A DNA stretch of 64,000 nt from Utricularia gibba. Its lineage: Eukaryota; Plantae; Magnoliophyta. Positions 26,006-42,656 of the stretch are shown here, piece after piece (the first letter of the stretch is position 1; every line of letters starts with the position of its first letter). The stretch covers positions 4,216,001-4,280,000 of the forward strand of contig CM007990.1 in assembly GCA_002189035.1 (NCBI GenBank), read 5' to 3'. Below the pieces are notes generated by a model, which was given only the letters and a program-made list of their open reading frames with translations, searched no databases and was not told where the DNA came from. Made by a program: the position numbers and the translations under genes.

Positions 26006-28893
26006 CGACGAAGACGGCTGTGGTAGTGTTGTAATTGCGATTCGCGACAAGGGTGTAGTTGTCATTTCACGTTGACACGTTGGGATAGAATATTCTCGCC
26101 TTTTCTTTCGCTTTCGTTGACTACAGCCATGGCCACTAGCCTCAACCTCAAGTATGACGTTGGGGGGCTATACGTAATATCAGTATTTTAGGAGGGGAAT
26201 AATGTTAATTATTATTCTTTCTTCTAGACCCCTTGAATTTTACAAACTTGTTTAGACTCCATCCTTGGCAAGATATTGAAATTTAGGCACTTTTAAATAC
26301 TTCAAAATTTGATCATACGCCAATCCACATCAACTTGAATTACACAACTATCAACTACACCCTCCTCCACCATACTATTACTTTCAGCTACTTAGAATTT
26401 GGATTGCTAAAAATATATTGTATTGTTATAGGAAAAATAATTAAATCAAATATTACGGTTAAAGCATAATTTTATCCCAATTGAAAGTAAAATATATAAA
26501 ACAGTACTATTAATCACAAAAATATCAAAATCCCCCAATTCCTTCTCGTCGAGCCTCCCGGTCTAATATTTAATAAAACCCTAATTTTATAATATAATAT
26601 TATCTATTTTTTGATTTTAAAACATTGAAAACTATATGTTATCAATTATTGTATTCATTAGCTTTCAACTTCACCAAGTTTTTCAATACATAATCCAATA
26701 AAATCTGATTTAATCATATTTATTTCATCCTTGTCATACAATCTCACTACTGATTGGTTTTTTGTGATACTAATTAGTGGCTTCAGGGGAATCAAGTTGG
26801 GTCGGGGGGCGCCCCTACGGTTGTAGTTTGAGTTAAAGCCTCCATTTAAGTTGCTTGACAATGGATGTCCTTTTAATGATCTATGCTATATATAGTAATT
26901 TAATTTCCAGTTTTTAATTTTTAAAATATAATAAAAAATTATTGAACTCAATTAAACTTATTATAAATAAGATTCAATCCAAATGCATAATTAATCAGAA
27001 TATTGCATTCAAGCAGTTTTTAATGCATTGCGCCCTAGTTATCACATGAGCATTTTGTTACTATTTTTGTAAAAAAATAATATAAAAAATCACAAATAAT
27101 AGAGAATAAGGATTATTTAATTAGGACGAAAAGTATTTAATTTATTTAAATTTAAATGAAAATTGATGTAATGAGATTAGTAATTTATATGGTGTTTAAT
27201 TACTAGATAAACAATTCAAAATTAGGTAAAAAAAGAATGTGTAGGTTTGAATAAATATGATTTACAAAATTAAATGAAATATTTGTAATTTCAAATTTAT
27301 TTAAATCAATGAAATAAATATAATATAATTTATAGCTCTTTTATTAAAATGTTTCAAATAAATTGTATGATCTTTATCAGAATTACTCAACAAAATATAA
27401 TTTCTAAGTTATGAATAGATACAAATATGATGAATCAATGTTTTTGGTTATTTAAGTTGGCATGAATGAATAATTAATCCATTATATGTTTTTAAAAAAT
27501 GTATAAGATAAGTTTTTTACCAATTTTTGTAAATATAGCTAACTATATCTAGTTTTATTCAAAAAAGATTGAAAAATAGCGATATACCATTTTACATTAA
27601 TATTAAAATTAATATTAAAATTATCCATATTTATCATACTTGGAAATTGTCTTTAATATTTTAATATGAGGGCTTGGTGTATTTTTAGTTTCTGTTGCAA
27701 TTAAATTTAAATAATCATTTTCCATTGTAAAATTCATAATTTCATAGACTTTTATGGAGAGATTCTGAATTTTTGTTTCCGGGTATTTTCATTTTAGGGC
27801 CTTGAAAATTGATATATTGGTATATGAACCAAAGTATACACGTATTGAAGAATCCGTGGTCAATTTTGGCGCGTTCTCCAATGAATTAAGTCCACGTGTT
27901 TCATATATTTTAATTTGTATTTATTTTATTATATTATTAGAAAGTTGATGTGACGTTTTGTATGGTAATATGTGTTATTTAGAATCAAAGTAATATAAAC
28001 GGTTCAATACAAATGGAATTATTAACTAAGATATTATTTATGAAATAAATTAATATATTTAATATTTTAAAGTGGAAAAAAATGAAAATTTATATATTCA
28101 ATATTTTAAATAACTGTATAATATAGCTGTAATTTAGCTCTTGTATTTAAAGCTAAGAATTGCTAGATTTTAGCTTTAAGAAAATAAAAAAAATGACTAT
28201 TGATTGAAAATTTGTAACAAATTTAGAAAAAACCATTTTCATTCTACTAAATTCAATTCTATTTTAGTAGAATTCATTTTAATTTCTAAATATATAACTT
28301 ATTCTCTTATATAAAATTTAATTTTTGAGAATCAATATAATTTTATGTTTCTCACACATATTTTTTAATAATTTATTTTAAAAAATAAATTTACTATTAT
28401 ACCTGCAATTCATACTATTTTTAAAATAATTACTAATTTAATAATATTAATTAAGAGTTTGATAAATATTAATATTATATAATATATTTTATTTAAATAA
28501 ATTTATAAAATTTTATTATTAATAAATATAGGTAAATAAATAATTTATTTATAAGAAATTGTGGTGAGATATTAATCAATTATATAATAATCAATTTTAA
28601 GCAATAGTTTCAAATGTATATTAATTTTCATTTTATTAGAATTTTTAATTCTAAAGCTTTTTTTTCCAAACATTGATTTGATATCTTACCACAATTTGTT
28701 ATAAATTGCTGCGTGACCCCGGGCCCGCAACTAATGTTTCACCATCAAAATTTCATTGAATCCGTACGGGTCATTTTGCAATAAAAAAGAGTTGCGATTA
28801 ATATTTTTGCTTTTTTAATCGTATCTACAAAATCGAGCGATGAGCTAATATAAAGACCCTTGAAATTCCGGGAATCCGAATCTGAGAAGAGTG

Positions 28894-30927
28894 ATGGAGA
28901 GATCCCTTCACTGCGAAACGACGTCGTCGGACGTCTCCTCCCTGGCATCTCCCCCGGCGGACAAAGCCTCCTCGAGAACGGTTCTCTCAATCGAGTGCTT
29001 GAAATCGAGCTCTAGCGCCGACGGCAATCCCAGCGGCGGCGACCTGCTCCAGACCGGCGATATCGTGGAGGAGATCCAAATCGGCAACATGACCGTGAAT
29101 TCCCCTTTCAGAGGGGCAAACACGCGATCCAGAAGATTCTCCAATCCTCCTTTAAACAGAAGGAGACTTCAATCACCGTCCTCGCGCGACGCGGCAGCGG
29201 TCAATCCGTCCAAATGGACGCTACGATCGTCGTCAACGAACAGCTCCTTGGGAGGAGACAGTATATTCTTCGAGCCAGAAGTGATCCAAACTACACCGTC
29301 GGCTTCACCGATCGGACGGAATCCGAGTGCTTGAACTTGCAAGGTTAGGGACCAATTCCTATTGCTACTTCGTTTTTTTTCCCCCATTTTTTAAATATAA
29401 TTTTGACGAATTTTGACTTTTCGTTGGTGCTCTGCCTCACTTTTTTCAAAAATGGCGGGGGCATTCGCAATTCCGCGGGCCCATCCACTCCGCCACAAAT
29501 ATTTTTTTTATTAAAAAATATTTTTTAAAACAATTAAATATTGCTTTTTTTAATAGTAATTTGTTGTAGTTGCTTTGAAATTCAATGCTTTTTGTTTCAG
29601 AAAATATATATTTAAAAATAGGATAAGAAACAAGCCTTCTGGTAGAAGATTCTTGGAACAATTGTGTTTTGACTTCTGGTTTTTCTGGATTCGGATTTTT
29701 TTAGTTAGAAAATGTGTGAACTGAATTATTATTTATTATTTTTTAATTTTTGAATTTGTGGGTTGGATTGTAGTATGGAGGAATGAAAGAATGGTGAATG
29801 ATCTGGAGAGGACGCAGATTCAGGAAGGGTATGTGTCGTATCCATGGGAGAGGCGGATGGAGGAAATGCTGTCGATTCCCAACTCCAGCAGCTTCTTCTC
29901 GATCCTTCTCCTCCCCAAAGCTTCTAACAAAGATGGGACGCGGTACAACGATCTGGAGGACACGCTCGCGCGGGCGCACGCCTGGTTCTACGCCTCCTTC
30001 GAGAGCGGTGCGCCCATCTCCTTCGTCAACATCCAGACAGAATCCCTGCTCACCAAGGTACGCTGAACGCACTTGGAGTCTGAAACCTGATTGGGTTGCT
30101 GACAGTGGTAGGTTGTTCGTAGATATCAGGGGAGACTGCGTCTTCAACTGTGAGTGCCGGGTCGCTCTCCGACCTATCGAACATCGCGAATACCAGTCTT
30201 TACGGCTTCGAGGATTACCACGGAGTGGACATCGGAGTTGTCAGAGCTGTTCGGCTCTGGTTCTCGCCGATGGCAGGGGAGATTCCTATTGAGATCAACA
30301 TCAAGAGCCATGACACTAAGCTCGGGTTCGCCATCAGTAGAACGCAAGAGGTAACTAACTGCCCCTGATGGAATAATGAACTCAATCCAGGCGTTCTGCA
30401 AATAATGCCGATGTTGTTGTTGTTGCGAGCAGGGCTTCATTTACGTCTCATCGGTCATCCGTGACGACAATGACGTGCCGTCGGCGCGGTCGGGGCTCTC
30501 CCACCTCCACAACCTGGCAAGCAGCGCCGCGAGGCTTCTAGTGGTTTCGAGGGTGTCCAACATGAAAGTGCTTCCGTGGATGGTTTCCCAGACGGGTGCC
30601 ATCCGCTGCTTCGACACGTTCTCCCTCAGCCAAAAGCTTTCCCTCCACCGCCGCGCCAAGGTCCCGATCGCCCTTCACGTGTTCCTATGGGATAGAGCCC
30701 TCGTTTCCGCGGGACACCGGTCGGGCGCCGCCTCTGCTCGTGCTCGGACGGAGGAGAAGGAGACTTCCCGGGATGAACAGTGGGTGACGAATGACTTCGC
30801 CCAAGGCGAGGCCAGCGGGAGCGGCAGTGGGAGCGGAAGCAGCGCCGATATGACGCTGGAGAGAGATACGGCCGGCGAGTTCTCCTTCAGGTTCCATGAG
30901 TTTCAGCTCAATAGCAACTGGGTCTGA
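28894..30927 (+). CDS. Conserved uncharacterised plant protein with PDZ-like motifs
   Basis: Exons 28894-29343, 29774-30057, 30123-30350, 30433-30927 join in phase with GT-AG sites after one extra G at 29113-29116. Motifs I recall from a conserved plant family: LQTGDIVEE, YVSYPWE, VNIQTESLLTKISGETA, LYGFEDYHGVDIGVVRAVRLW, FDTFSLSQKLSLHR. Confidence 0.85.
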
Positions 30928-31218
30928 ATGATCTGCGCCTCCATTCCACTTACATCCCCCCTTTTCTCTTCCAAAAGTCACGTAAACTGTACGGTCATGT
31001 GAACTTTTTTTTTTTTTTTTCCCTCACCCAGATGGATTCAGAGCTCATGCTGCAATCAGTTTATTCTTTTCTCTAACACGAAAATACACAATAAAAACTA
31101 CAACGAATGATCACGTTAGCAGTAAGAGCAGCACCGTAGTCGGCAACCTGAAAGACTCACAGGAGAGTCGTTATTGGCAACTACCTTCTCAAGGACTCGC
31201 TTGCAGAGAAAGGGAAGC

Positions 31219-33220
31219 TTATGATGCAAAGTATTCCAGAAAATTGGCATCCATGGAATCCGCGGCGGCCGGGAGGTTGATTCCTAATGAACCCTCAACA
31301 CCAAACTGAAGATCAAATGCGCTGTACGCAGATAACTCAGGCGGCAGACCGCCGAGGTGGGGCCGGAACTCGATAAGCCGGTGAGGCTGCGCCGAACGTG
31401 CATGGTTCACCAAGTGTGCAAAACTCCCCTGAGTAGCATCATTCTCGTTTGTGGGTAGGTAGAAATCGGGTAAGGCCTCTGTGTGTAGACCCACAGGAAT
31501 ACTTGAGCTGAAATGGTGACCACTTGATCCGTGAAGGAAGGCAGAGCTCTGGGTTCCCTGTTGCTGCCAGACGGAGGTTCTTGGCTGAGGTTCATACTGT
31601 TGGCAATGATCCAATAGGGTGTTTTCATGTGACTGAAGAAACTCTGTCTGATCATGCAAAAGACTGTCTCGAGCCAGTTGAATCGTGGCGTCGGCTTCGC
31701 TGGAAATGAAACCTGGCAATCGGTTGGGAGCACTTGAGGATGGGAGAGAGCAGAAGAGGTTGTAGTCAGACTCTACTGAGTCAGGAAGATCCTGCTTGAA
31801 GCTACGATGGCTGGTCATCCTGAGGACACGATCAGGAGCATCGATAACCAACTCACTCCCATGATCATGTGGAAACCGGCTCGGAGATGTATCAGGGATT
31901 TCACTCAGTCTGGGATGTTTCCGTTTCCTCAGCAGACCCTCATCAACATGCTTCTTTTGCTTGTTATTTGTCACAAGTGTGCAGGATCCTGATTCAGGAG
32001 GCGCCATATCGGCTGACTGGTTTATCCCTTCTTCATCTTTGGAGGACACAGATCCCATGCCATCTTCTGTACATTCAACATCGTAATCATTGTCACTTCC
32101 AACACAAAGCTTCTTCTTCTTCTTAATATTCTTCTCACAGCCGCTAGATTTCGAGGGTATGTCACTGATGCTAGAGGAAACGTTGTCGTTGCTCGGTTGC
32201 CGGATGAGCGCTTCTTCCCTACTGAGAACACCTAGCCATATGGAGCTCTCTTTAGCAGTCATCCTATCCTGTAAGCACTTGGACTGCCTGACCAGTCTTC
32301 TTACTCTGGCAATATCAGGGGACATATGCTTAATAACAGCAGTAAGCACACCTACCTTCCACATCTTCTTAAGATCATGAGGCTTCTTGTAAGGGGAAGT
32401 CTGGCCAACCGGCAAACCCAACCTCGGCCACCACTCCTCGTGCCCGGTAGGCCACCATGACGGAGGAATGCCCTTCTCCAACGGATACTTCCTCTGAGGT
32501 GGATCACAGTGCTGCATCAACGACGACAGAAGAGATCCCAAGGTGGCATCCTGCAAGTCTTGAAGAACTTTCTTTGAGTTTCCATTCATCCCATCTCCAT
32601 CCCCTTTTAAAAGACACTCGGCTTCATAGTTCGCTATAGCTGCAAGTCCATTCTTATCAAACTTCACCTTCTCCTTCCACCAAGCTCTGATATTATCGGA
32701 GGAACCGCTTACCGGCTTGCCCTTCTCCGGAATTATGCCGTACACGAATCCTCGAGCGTTACATACCTCCATCAACTTCAGCATATACTTCAAAATCCCA
32801 TCCTGAGCTCGTGCCATCTTCTTGCGACATGCCTGGTCTGTAGTTGACTTGCTCTTCTGCTTCTCAGCAACTCTCTGAACTTCAAGCTTTTGCCTCTCCC
32901 TGAGCCTCCTCAGCCGCACGCGATCCTTCCACATTCGCTTCTTCAATTCCTCTGCGTCAATCTCCTCATCACTAACATCAATCCCCTTGTCATCATCACC
33001 TTGTTGTATCTCATCAACCTCGATATCCGAACTGAAAATCGCAATAAACAAAAAAGAAACATAGCTTACGCATACCAGACACCACAGAGACCAACACAAT
33101 CAACGAAAGCTCCAGCCTAACTACCAGTCCAAATTCCTCAACGAAAACGAACGGCTAACTAACGATTGAACAACATCACTGCTAATCATTACCTCGTATC
33201 CATGCCTTCAATTCCCCCCA
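31219..33220 (-). CDS. EIL3: EIN3-like transcription factor EIL3/SLIM1
   Basis: Large exon 33031-31219 with EIN3 domain ([63 protein letters not shown]) and the EIL3-type SDNDYDV...GSVSSKD motif; short first exon ending at 33193 (ATG at 33203 or 33220). Confidence 0.92.
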
Positions 33221-35896
33221 TAACCGCCCAGAAAACGACGACTTCAACGACGCCGAGGGCAATGAGTAACCAGATTTTCCGCTTCCAATAACAGACAAGT
33301 TGATGACAAAAAAAAAAAGGCGAATTGAATCAACTAAACCTAGGGTGTTGGTGACTCTGCACAGTTGACCGAAGCGAACCACACTTTATGGCTGGAATTT
33401 TTGCCGTTAACTGTGTAGTTGCCCGGCGCACGATACCGGAATTTATTTTTGGACACGCGACCTGAACTGCTTCGTCGTCTTCTTCTCTCCATGATCTTCA
33501 CATTTTACAGTTCACAGTGCAGTTAACCGCGCCTGTTGTTTTTAAACCTAAAAAAACAAACAAATGAATTTAAATATATATATTTAAGAAATACCATAAT
33601 AATATTATAATTAAATATTTGTTAAACCTATTTACCGTACACGTTAAACTTATAATCACATTTAATTAAGCATAAATAATTCACATAGATACTTAATTAA
33701 ATTATCCTAACCAATACATCATTATGAATACTTTTGACTTTTTATATCAATATAATTATTAAACTATCAATACACATAAATTTCATAATATTTTCATCTC
33801 TATGTAAATTCATTTCATTTCACATGTCAACAATTTTTCATTATACTTCAATTATTCTTGTATAATATTATTCATTTTAAGTATTCATTTTTTACGTTTT
33901 TCTCTTCTATAAAAAGTGTATTGTACAACATGAGAAATATTTTCAATTCAAGCATATCAATTCCCCTATTGATAATCAATTGTACACATCGCCACTAGGC
34001 CTATAGTTTTGCATTCTCCACCATTTAGCTACTCAACGTCCTCTTAGAGTATTCTATCCCATAATTGGAGTGAGCTTCCACTAAACTTTAATATTAAATA
34101 TAATAATTCATACTTTCTTATATGATATTGTTTGCTTTATCTCTCGATAACTCGTTAAATCTCGAAAAATTCGAAAGGTTAGCCCTTGGGGTTTGATGGG
34201 TTTCCTCCATCCCATTCAGGGGTAGGGGACAAGTAACCATTGCTGGTGTGTTGAAATGGAAATGTTGTCCAAATGTCTTGGTCAAATTGATTTAGAGCCA
34301 ACATTCCCCATAACGCAACATCCCTAGCCCAGACCGGGCACCCTACCAATAAATAAAAACATTATCCATCTTGTAATGAAGGGGAGGGATGTGGGACCAC
34401 CCTCCTTAAACCGTTGATTTTTGGTGGAATAAATAAATACATTATTTGCTAAGAAAATGCCAATATTCATGTCACACGTGTGATGGAATGATGATTTTGA
34501 ATGCCTCCAAACTATAGTCTACGGTATTAAAAAATAAAAGATAATATTAAAAGGAAAAAGAAAAGAGAGAATTCGCAACTTGTACACTATGGCGTAAAGT
34601 TGGGGATTCTTTGATGGATAGACGTATGGATTCAGGTGGGTAAATTCGTGAATTTTAAAAATTAAATACGATAAAATTAGGTATAATGTATATGAGTAAA
34701 TGTCATAAACATATTGATCATAGAGAAATGAATCGAGTTGATTGGAAATCAAAAGTAAAAAATACGGTGGTTACTAGTTTTAAACTATATATTATAAAAA
34801 TAAAATAGTATTAGACTTTTGAAAAGGGTAAATGATTACTAAAGTGGAATTGATGGAATATAATAATATAAATATTTTCATGGGGTGATTAAAAAAATAA
34901 AACCAAGCTCAAGTTTTCACATCACTTTATAAATTAATACCGCAGGAGTACTTGTTCAACTTTGAGATTATTACCCTATTTTTAGGGTGTGTGTAAAAAA
35001 TTGATATTGGTGTATGAGAGAGAAAATTAGAATGACTATTTTTGTAAATGATCCTTCAACTTTGTCTAAAATAATAACTTTCGAAATTTATATTGTCAAT
35101 AATTTGGCATAGGACATAATTCGAAATAATGTTGGGTTCTATTCTTTGCACGGCTGAAAATCTTCATCATTAAAAAGATTTATAATAAAATAAAAATTGA
35201 AGATCGATTCACAATTTTTGAATTTATATTCTTTTTAAAATAAAAACTGAACTTTTTTATTCCAAATAAGCTGTACATTACCTAAATGCGGAATGGGTAT
35301 GATGCAAGCTAGCTGGCGTGACGCTGCATCTAGTAGTCTATGCATCAAGAATTCAAATTGATTAAGGTAAGAAGGTTTTTGGTTGTTCAGCTTCAAAGGA
35401 TGGGGAAGTCAAGAGTGGGGTGAACGTGGACGGCATCCCTTCCCTTGGACGTGTACCTGGGCGCTTAGCATGCACGAGGTACTTTCAAATGATGGCGTTG
35501 AGAAGTGTACCTTTGGGGGTAAACCCAAGAGCAGCATGACTCGTGCTGCACCTGAAACTGTCACCTTGTTGATGAGGTTTCCTTGGAAGCATTCACTGGT
35601 GCTGCAGCTACCATGAGTTGCTTGAAATGAATGAAACTGGATCTCACACACACCAGCAGATCATAATTCATTGATCATTGGAGATATGTAAACTATGTAT
35701 GAGCAAAAAGGCATTTGATGTGTTGGCGCACAGACTCAATTTTTCTGAAACATGATTTTTAGAACAAAGGGCATGAATTAATTGGTTACTTCTGATGTAC
35801 TGGAATCCCCCCCGAACAATTGAACCTACTCAACAATGACTTCCAAAACTGGTAACAGCAAGAGAATCAGGAGAATGCCACGGAGGGGCTTGTACC

Positions 35897-38800
35897 TCAC
35901 AGATGTTTTGATTTGCTAATAACCTTAGCTTTTGGGGCTGATGCTAGCTGCTTCAGTCTCATTTTGAGTGACTTCACTGAAGCCGCTATCTCATCCTTAT
36001 CCTTCCCATTTGAAGGAAAAGATGTCCCTGACGGAAGTGAGGCGCTCTCATTGTTTGATGCTGGAGAAGTTTCAGGGCAATCGGCCTGGCTGGTGTCCTT
36101 CTTGCTGCTCTTCTTTGTGACCTGTCGAGCATAAGCAGCCGACCTGTATTGCCATGAGAGAGGAGAAACAAAGGTGAGATGTAAAAAAAAAAAAAACACA
36201 GAGAAGAAAAGCAGGAGTTCACAACTCACCTTTTGAACTGAGGATCAGTTGGATCCAAAGCAAAGAGTGGAGATGTAAATAATGCCGAAAAACGTGGATC
36301 ATCATAATCGACTGAGGGTATTTTTTCCTCATCATTAGTGGTCTCCCCCTTTCCTTTCTTTCCCTTGCTCTTTTTAGCTTTCAAGTTGTAGCCCTTTACA
36401 CGGGTGTCTAGTGCGTTATCATCAGCAGTGAGAAGCTCAAGTTCGGCCACACTTGCTTCAGCTTCCAGGTGCTGTTCTCTTTCAGAATTTCTCTTTTTGG
36501 TTTTCTCTTTCTTAGCATCATCATCGGAAGGCTCGTCAATGAAAAAGTCATCTGACTGCTTCCGAAACTCTTCCTCCGCATTACTGTCATCATCAGAATG
36601 ATTCTTGGATCTATTTATTGCCTTCATTTTCTTTTTCTCCTTTTTCTTTCGGAGATAGGCCTCCCATACAGTTTCTGATTCCCTCTCCTTCTTTTCTGAA
36701 ATGCGTTTGCTAATATCCTCTAATCCAAAATTGAAAGTTACTTCCAAGTCCTGGTCTCTCTCTTGATGATCATCATCTAATCCATCTTGTGATTCCAAAA
36801 GGGCACGATATTTCTCTATCTTCTTATCACGTTTCTGTGAAGATTCATTGTGGGTATCATCTGCAACATCGTTACCATCATCTGTTTCGCTCTCATCAGA
36901 TGCTAAATATTCCTTCAACTCCAGTTCGGCAAGCTGAAAGTGAGGAAAATGACGCAGAATATAAAAAATGGAAACAAAAAGCTATACAGTGTTCATCTGA
37001 GCATAGTGTTATATTTCAGACTCTGAAACAATGTTTATGCGACACCACGACTATGCCATTAAACATCTCATGAATAGTGTCTGTGATCCCCACCACCAAA
37101 AAGTGCAAAACGGACACAGAAATAGAGACCAAAGTTTCCTGAGTTTAACTACTACGACTCTTGTGGGAGACAAAGTAATCAGATCATATACTTAAAAAGA
37201 AAAGGAAAAAAATAAAAGATAAACCTGCTTCTCATTGAGTTTTTTCTTAAAGGTCTTTTTACGTTGCAGCTCATCATCATCCCAAGTTAAATCAATCTTG
37301 CTGTGTTGCAGTGCTCGAGTTTGAAACTCCACTCCTTCGTAATTAGCTGGTGCCTATAAAAATCAGACAACAAGCTTTTTCTAAACTCTTTCTAGGTATT
37401 TCTTCAAATGGAATTCGGTACAATATAAACATGAAAAAGAGAAAAAAAAAACGCAGTACAATCCAGCTGAAACACATAATGCCATCAAGAACATGTAAAC
37501 AAGACAATACTTAGCATGAAACACAAGACAAACAAGCTAAGCATCTGAATATGAATAATTATTTAAACCTTGCCTCATCGAATAGTGGGAAAATGCGAAA
37601 TTACCTCCTTTGCAATGTCACGTGGCTCATGTTCAAAGTTCATTGAATCTGGAATAAATCTCAAGTCCAACTTATTTGCTGATCTTTCAAACTCGACTCC
37701 ATCACAAGTTCTGTAAATATAATCTGCTGTAGCAATTGAATCGCATTCAACAACTGCATAATAGTACCTAAGAGAATAAACAAAGGCTCTGAGCTGCAGC
37801 ACAAGTAAAGTTTAAGCAAAGGAAAGGAACTGCATTTACCACAAGAAGCCAATTTTTAACGTAACATGACATCATTAAATTACGAAATAAGCAACGGTGA
37901 TGATAACATCTGTAACCTTACACACTACAGCTATACAACAAAATCTAAAAGCCCTTAAGAAAGCAAATACCTCAACCGGCTGAGCTCATAAGCACGTAGC
38001 TTAACCTCATCTGCCGGTTCATCATCATTTTCATCATCACCATCAAATAGACTAACAGGGCCATGCAGCTCCTCTTCCTTCATCCGCTGTATTCCAAATT
38101 CAGATGGGTAGATAGAAACAGACCAAATTTCGCCCCCTTTAGGTAGAAAGGAACTCAGCAAGACGAATATATCAACAGCCTAGAAAAAAAATAAGACAAA
38201 ACAAAATACAGGTGAAGCATAGGTACTGGGGGGACAGATTACCTGCCATATCATTAGAAAAATTTCAAAACTCAAACTACTGGATCTGTGTAGTTCGGTA
38301 CATCCCAAAAATATTAATACTAACGAAGCAATTACTCACTAACTCAACGATTAGAAAGCACTCAAAATCATTGCACACGCAGGTGACAACTAAAATATAA
38401 CCTAGTCATATAGGACATATGATGAACACATAAAAAATGTTAATTTCACCAAAAAATCTATACCCTAGTTGCGTAGATGCTTTATGAGAACAAAATGCAA
38501 AGTGAATACGAAGTGATCTTACATACCCGCACTTGACCCCAATCCAAATTAACAACTGCAAGTCTCTTCGTCTCCTTATCAATTGAAGGCACATTGTCCT
38601 CCTATGAAGAGCACAGAAAACATAGAGACCTTCAGACGAAAACTAATTCTTGTATATCAGTACAACATCACTTTCAAGGTAAAAGACCCTCACTTGCGGC
38701 ACAAATAAATCCTCCTCCCCATCATTTGAGTAATCATCATCTGATTCCGTTGAACTTGATGCTGATGAATTGTCCATCTGCTCATCATCACTATCAGAGG

Positions 38801-39155
38801 TCTCGTCCAATCGATCACCTTCCCGTTCGCTCTCACTAGAACTTTCAGCTTCTTCTTTCTCGTCAATAGAAAGCAACTTTCTTTCCTTTTCCTTACTTTG
38901 AAGACGATAATAATGGTTCAGGGAAGCGCCGGTTTCCTTTTTGCTTTTGGGTTTTCCACGCTTGTCAACGGAAGCCTTGGAGGAGGCGAATTTAGCATCG
39001 GAGAACACACCACTGAAGCGAGAATCAATTTCCACTTTCGATCGCTTCACCGCAGATCCCATGAAGCGAGGATCAGATTGCGCCGCTGCAAACCGATCAT
39101 CAGTGATCAATTCCTTTTCACCACCCCTGCTCCTTCCTCGACCTTTCCTCTTCAT
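35897..39155 (-). CDS. ESF1: Pre-rRNA processing protein ESF1
   Basis: Exons 39155-38694, 38601-38527, 38179-37971, 37767-37605, 37353-37225, 36933-36230, 36143-35897. Motifs [52 protein letters not shown]153-type [24 protein letters not shown]. Frame intact. Confidence 0.93.
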
Positions 39156-39300
39156 CTTCACTCCGATCAGCAAGAAAAAACTCGAACTCTATGGAAGAGC
39201 TAAACTACCACACCGAAACCACCGAGCGCCGGTCAAAAAGGATAACTCACCCGTCAGCCGTGTGTCGTCGTCCCTCCGGACGCCGGTTTTAGCAGAGGGA

Positions 39301-39309
39301 AAACCCTAA
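39301..39309 (-). promoter_or_regulatory. Telo-box at the ESF1 5' end
   Basis: AAACCCTAA at 39301-39309, typical of ribosome-biogenesis genes; probable 5'UTR intron donor (GG|GTGAGT) at 39250. Confidence 0.65.
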
Positions 39310-39542
39310 ACTCGCGTTTTATAATTTCTAAAAGATATTCACAATAATGAAAATAAATTTCAGTAAAATAACAGAGTTCGGAGGATGGTTTTCTTTTCTA
39401 AAATATGTACGGCACTGTAAATGTCTTCTTCATCCTGTGACTCCAACTCCATGTCCAAGACGAAAAAAACACCAAGGGACAAGGCATACAGAGGGGGCAG
39501 GAGCAGGCAGGCTTCCTTCCAGTGTTCCATGGATGAACGAGC

Positions 39543-42656
<3,114 letters not shown>

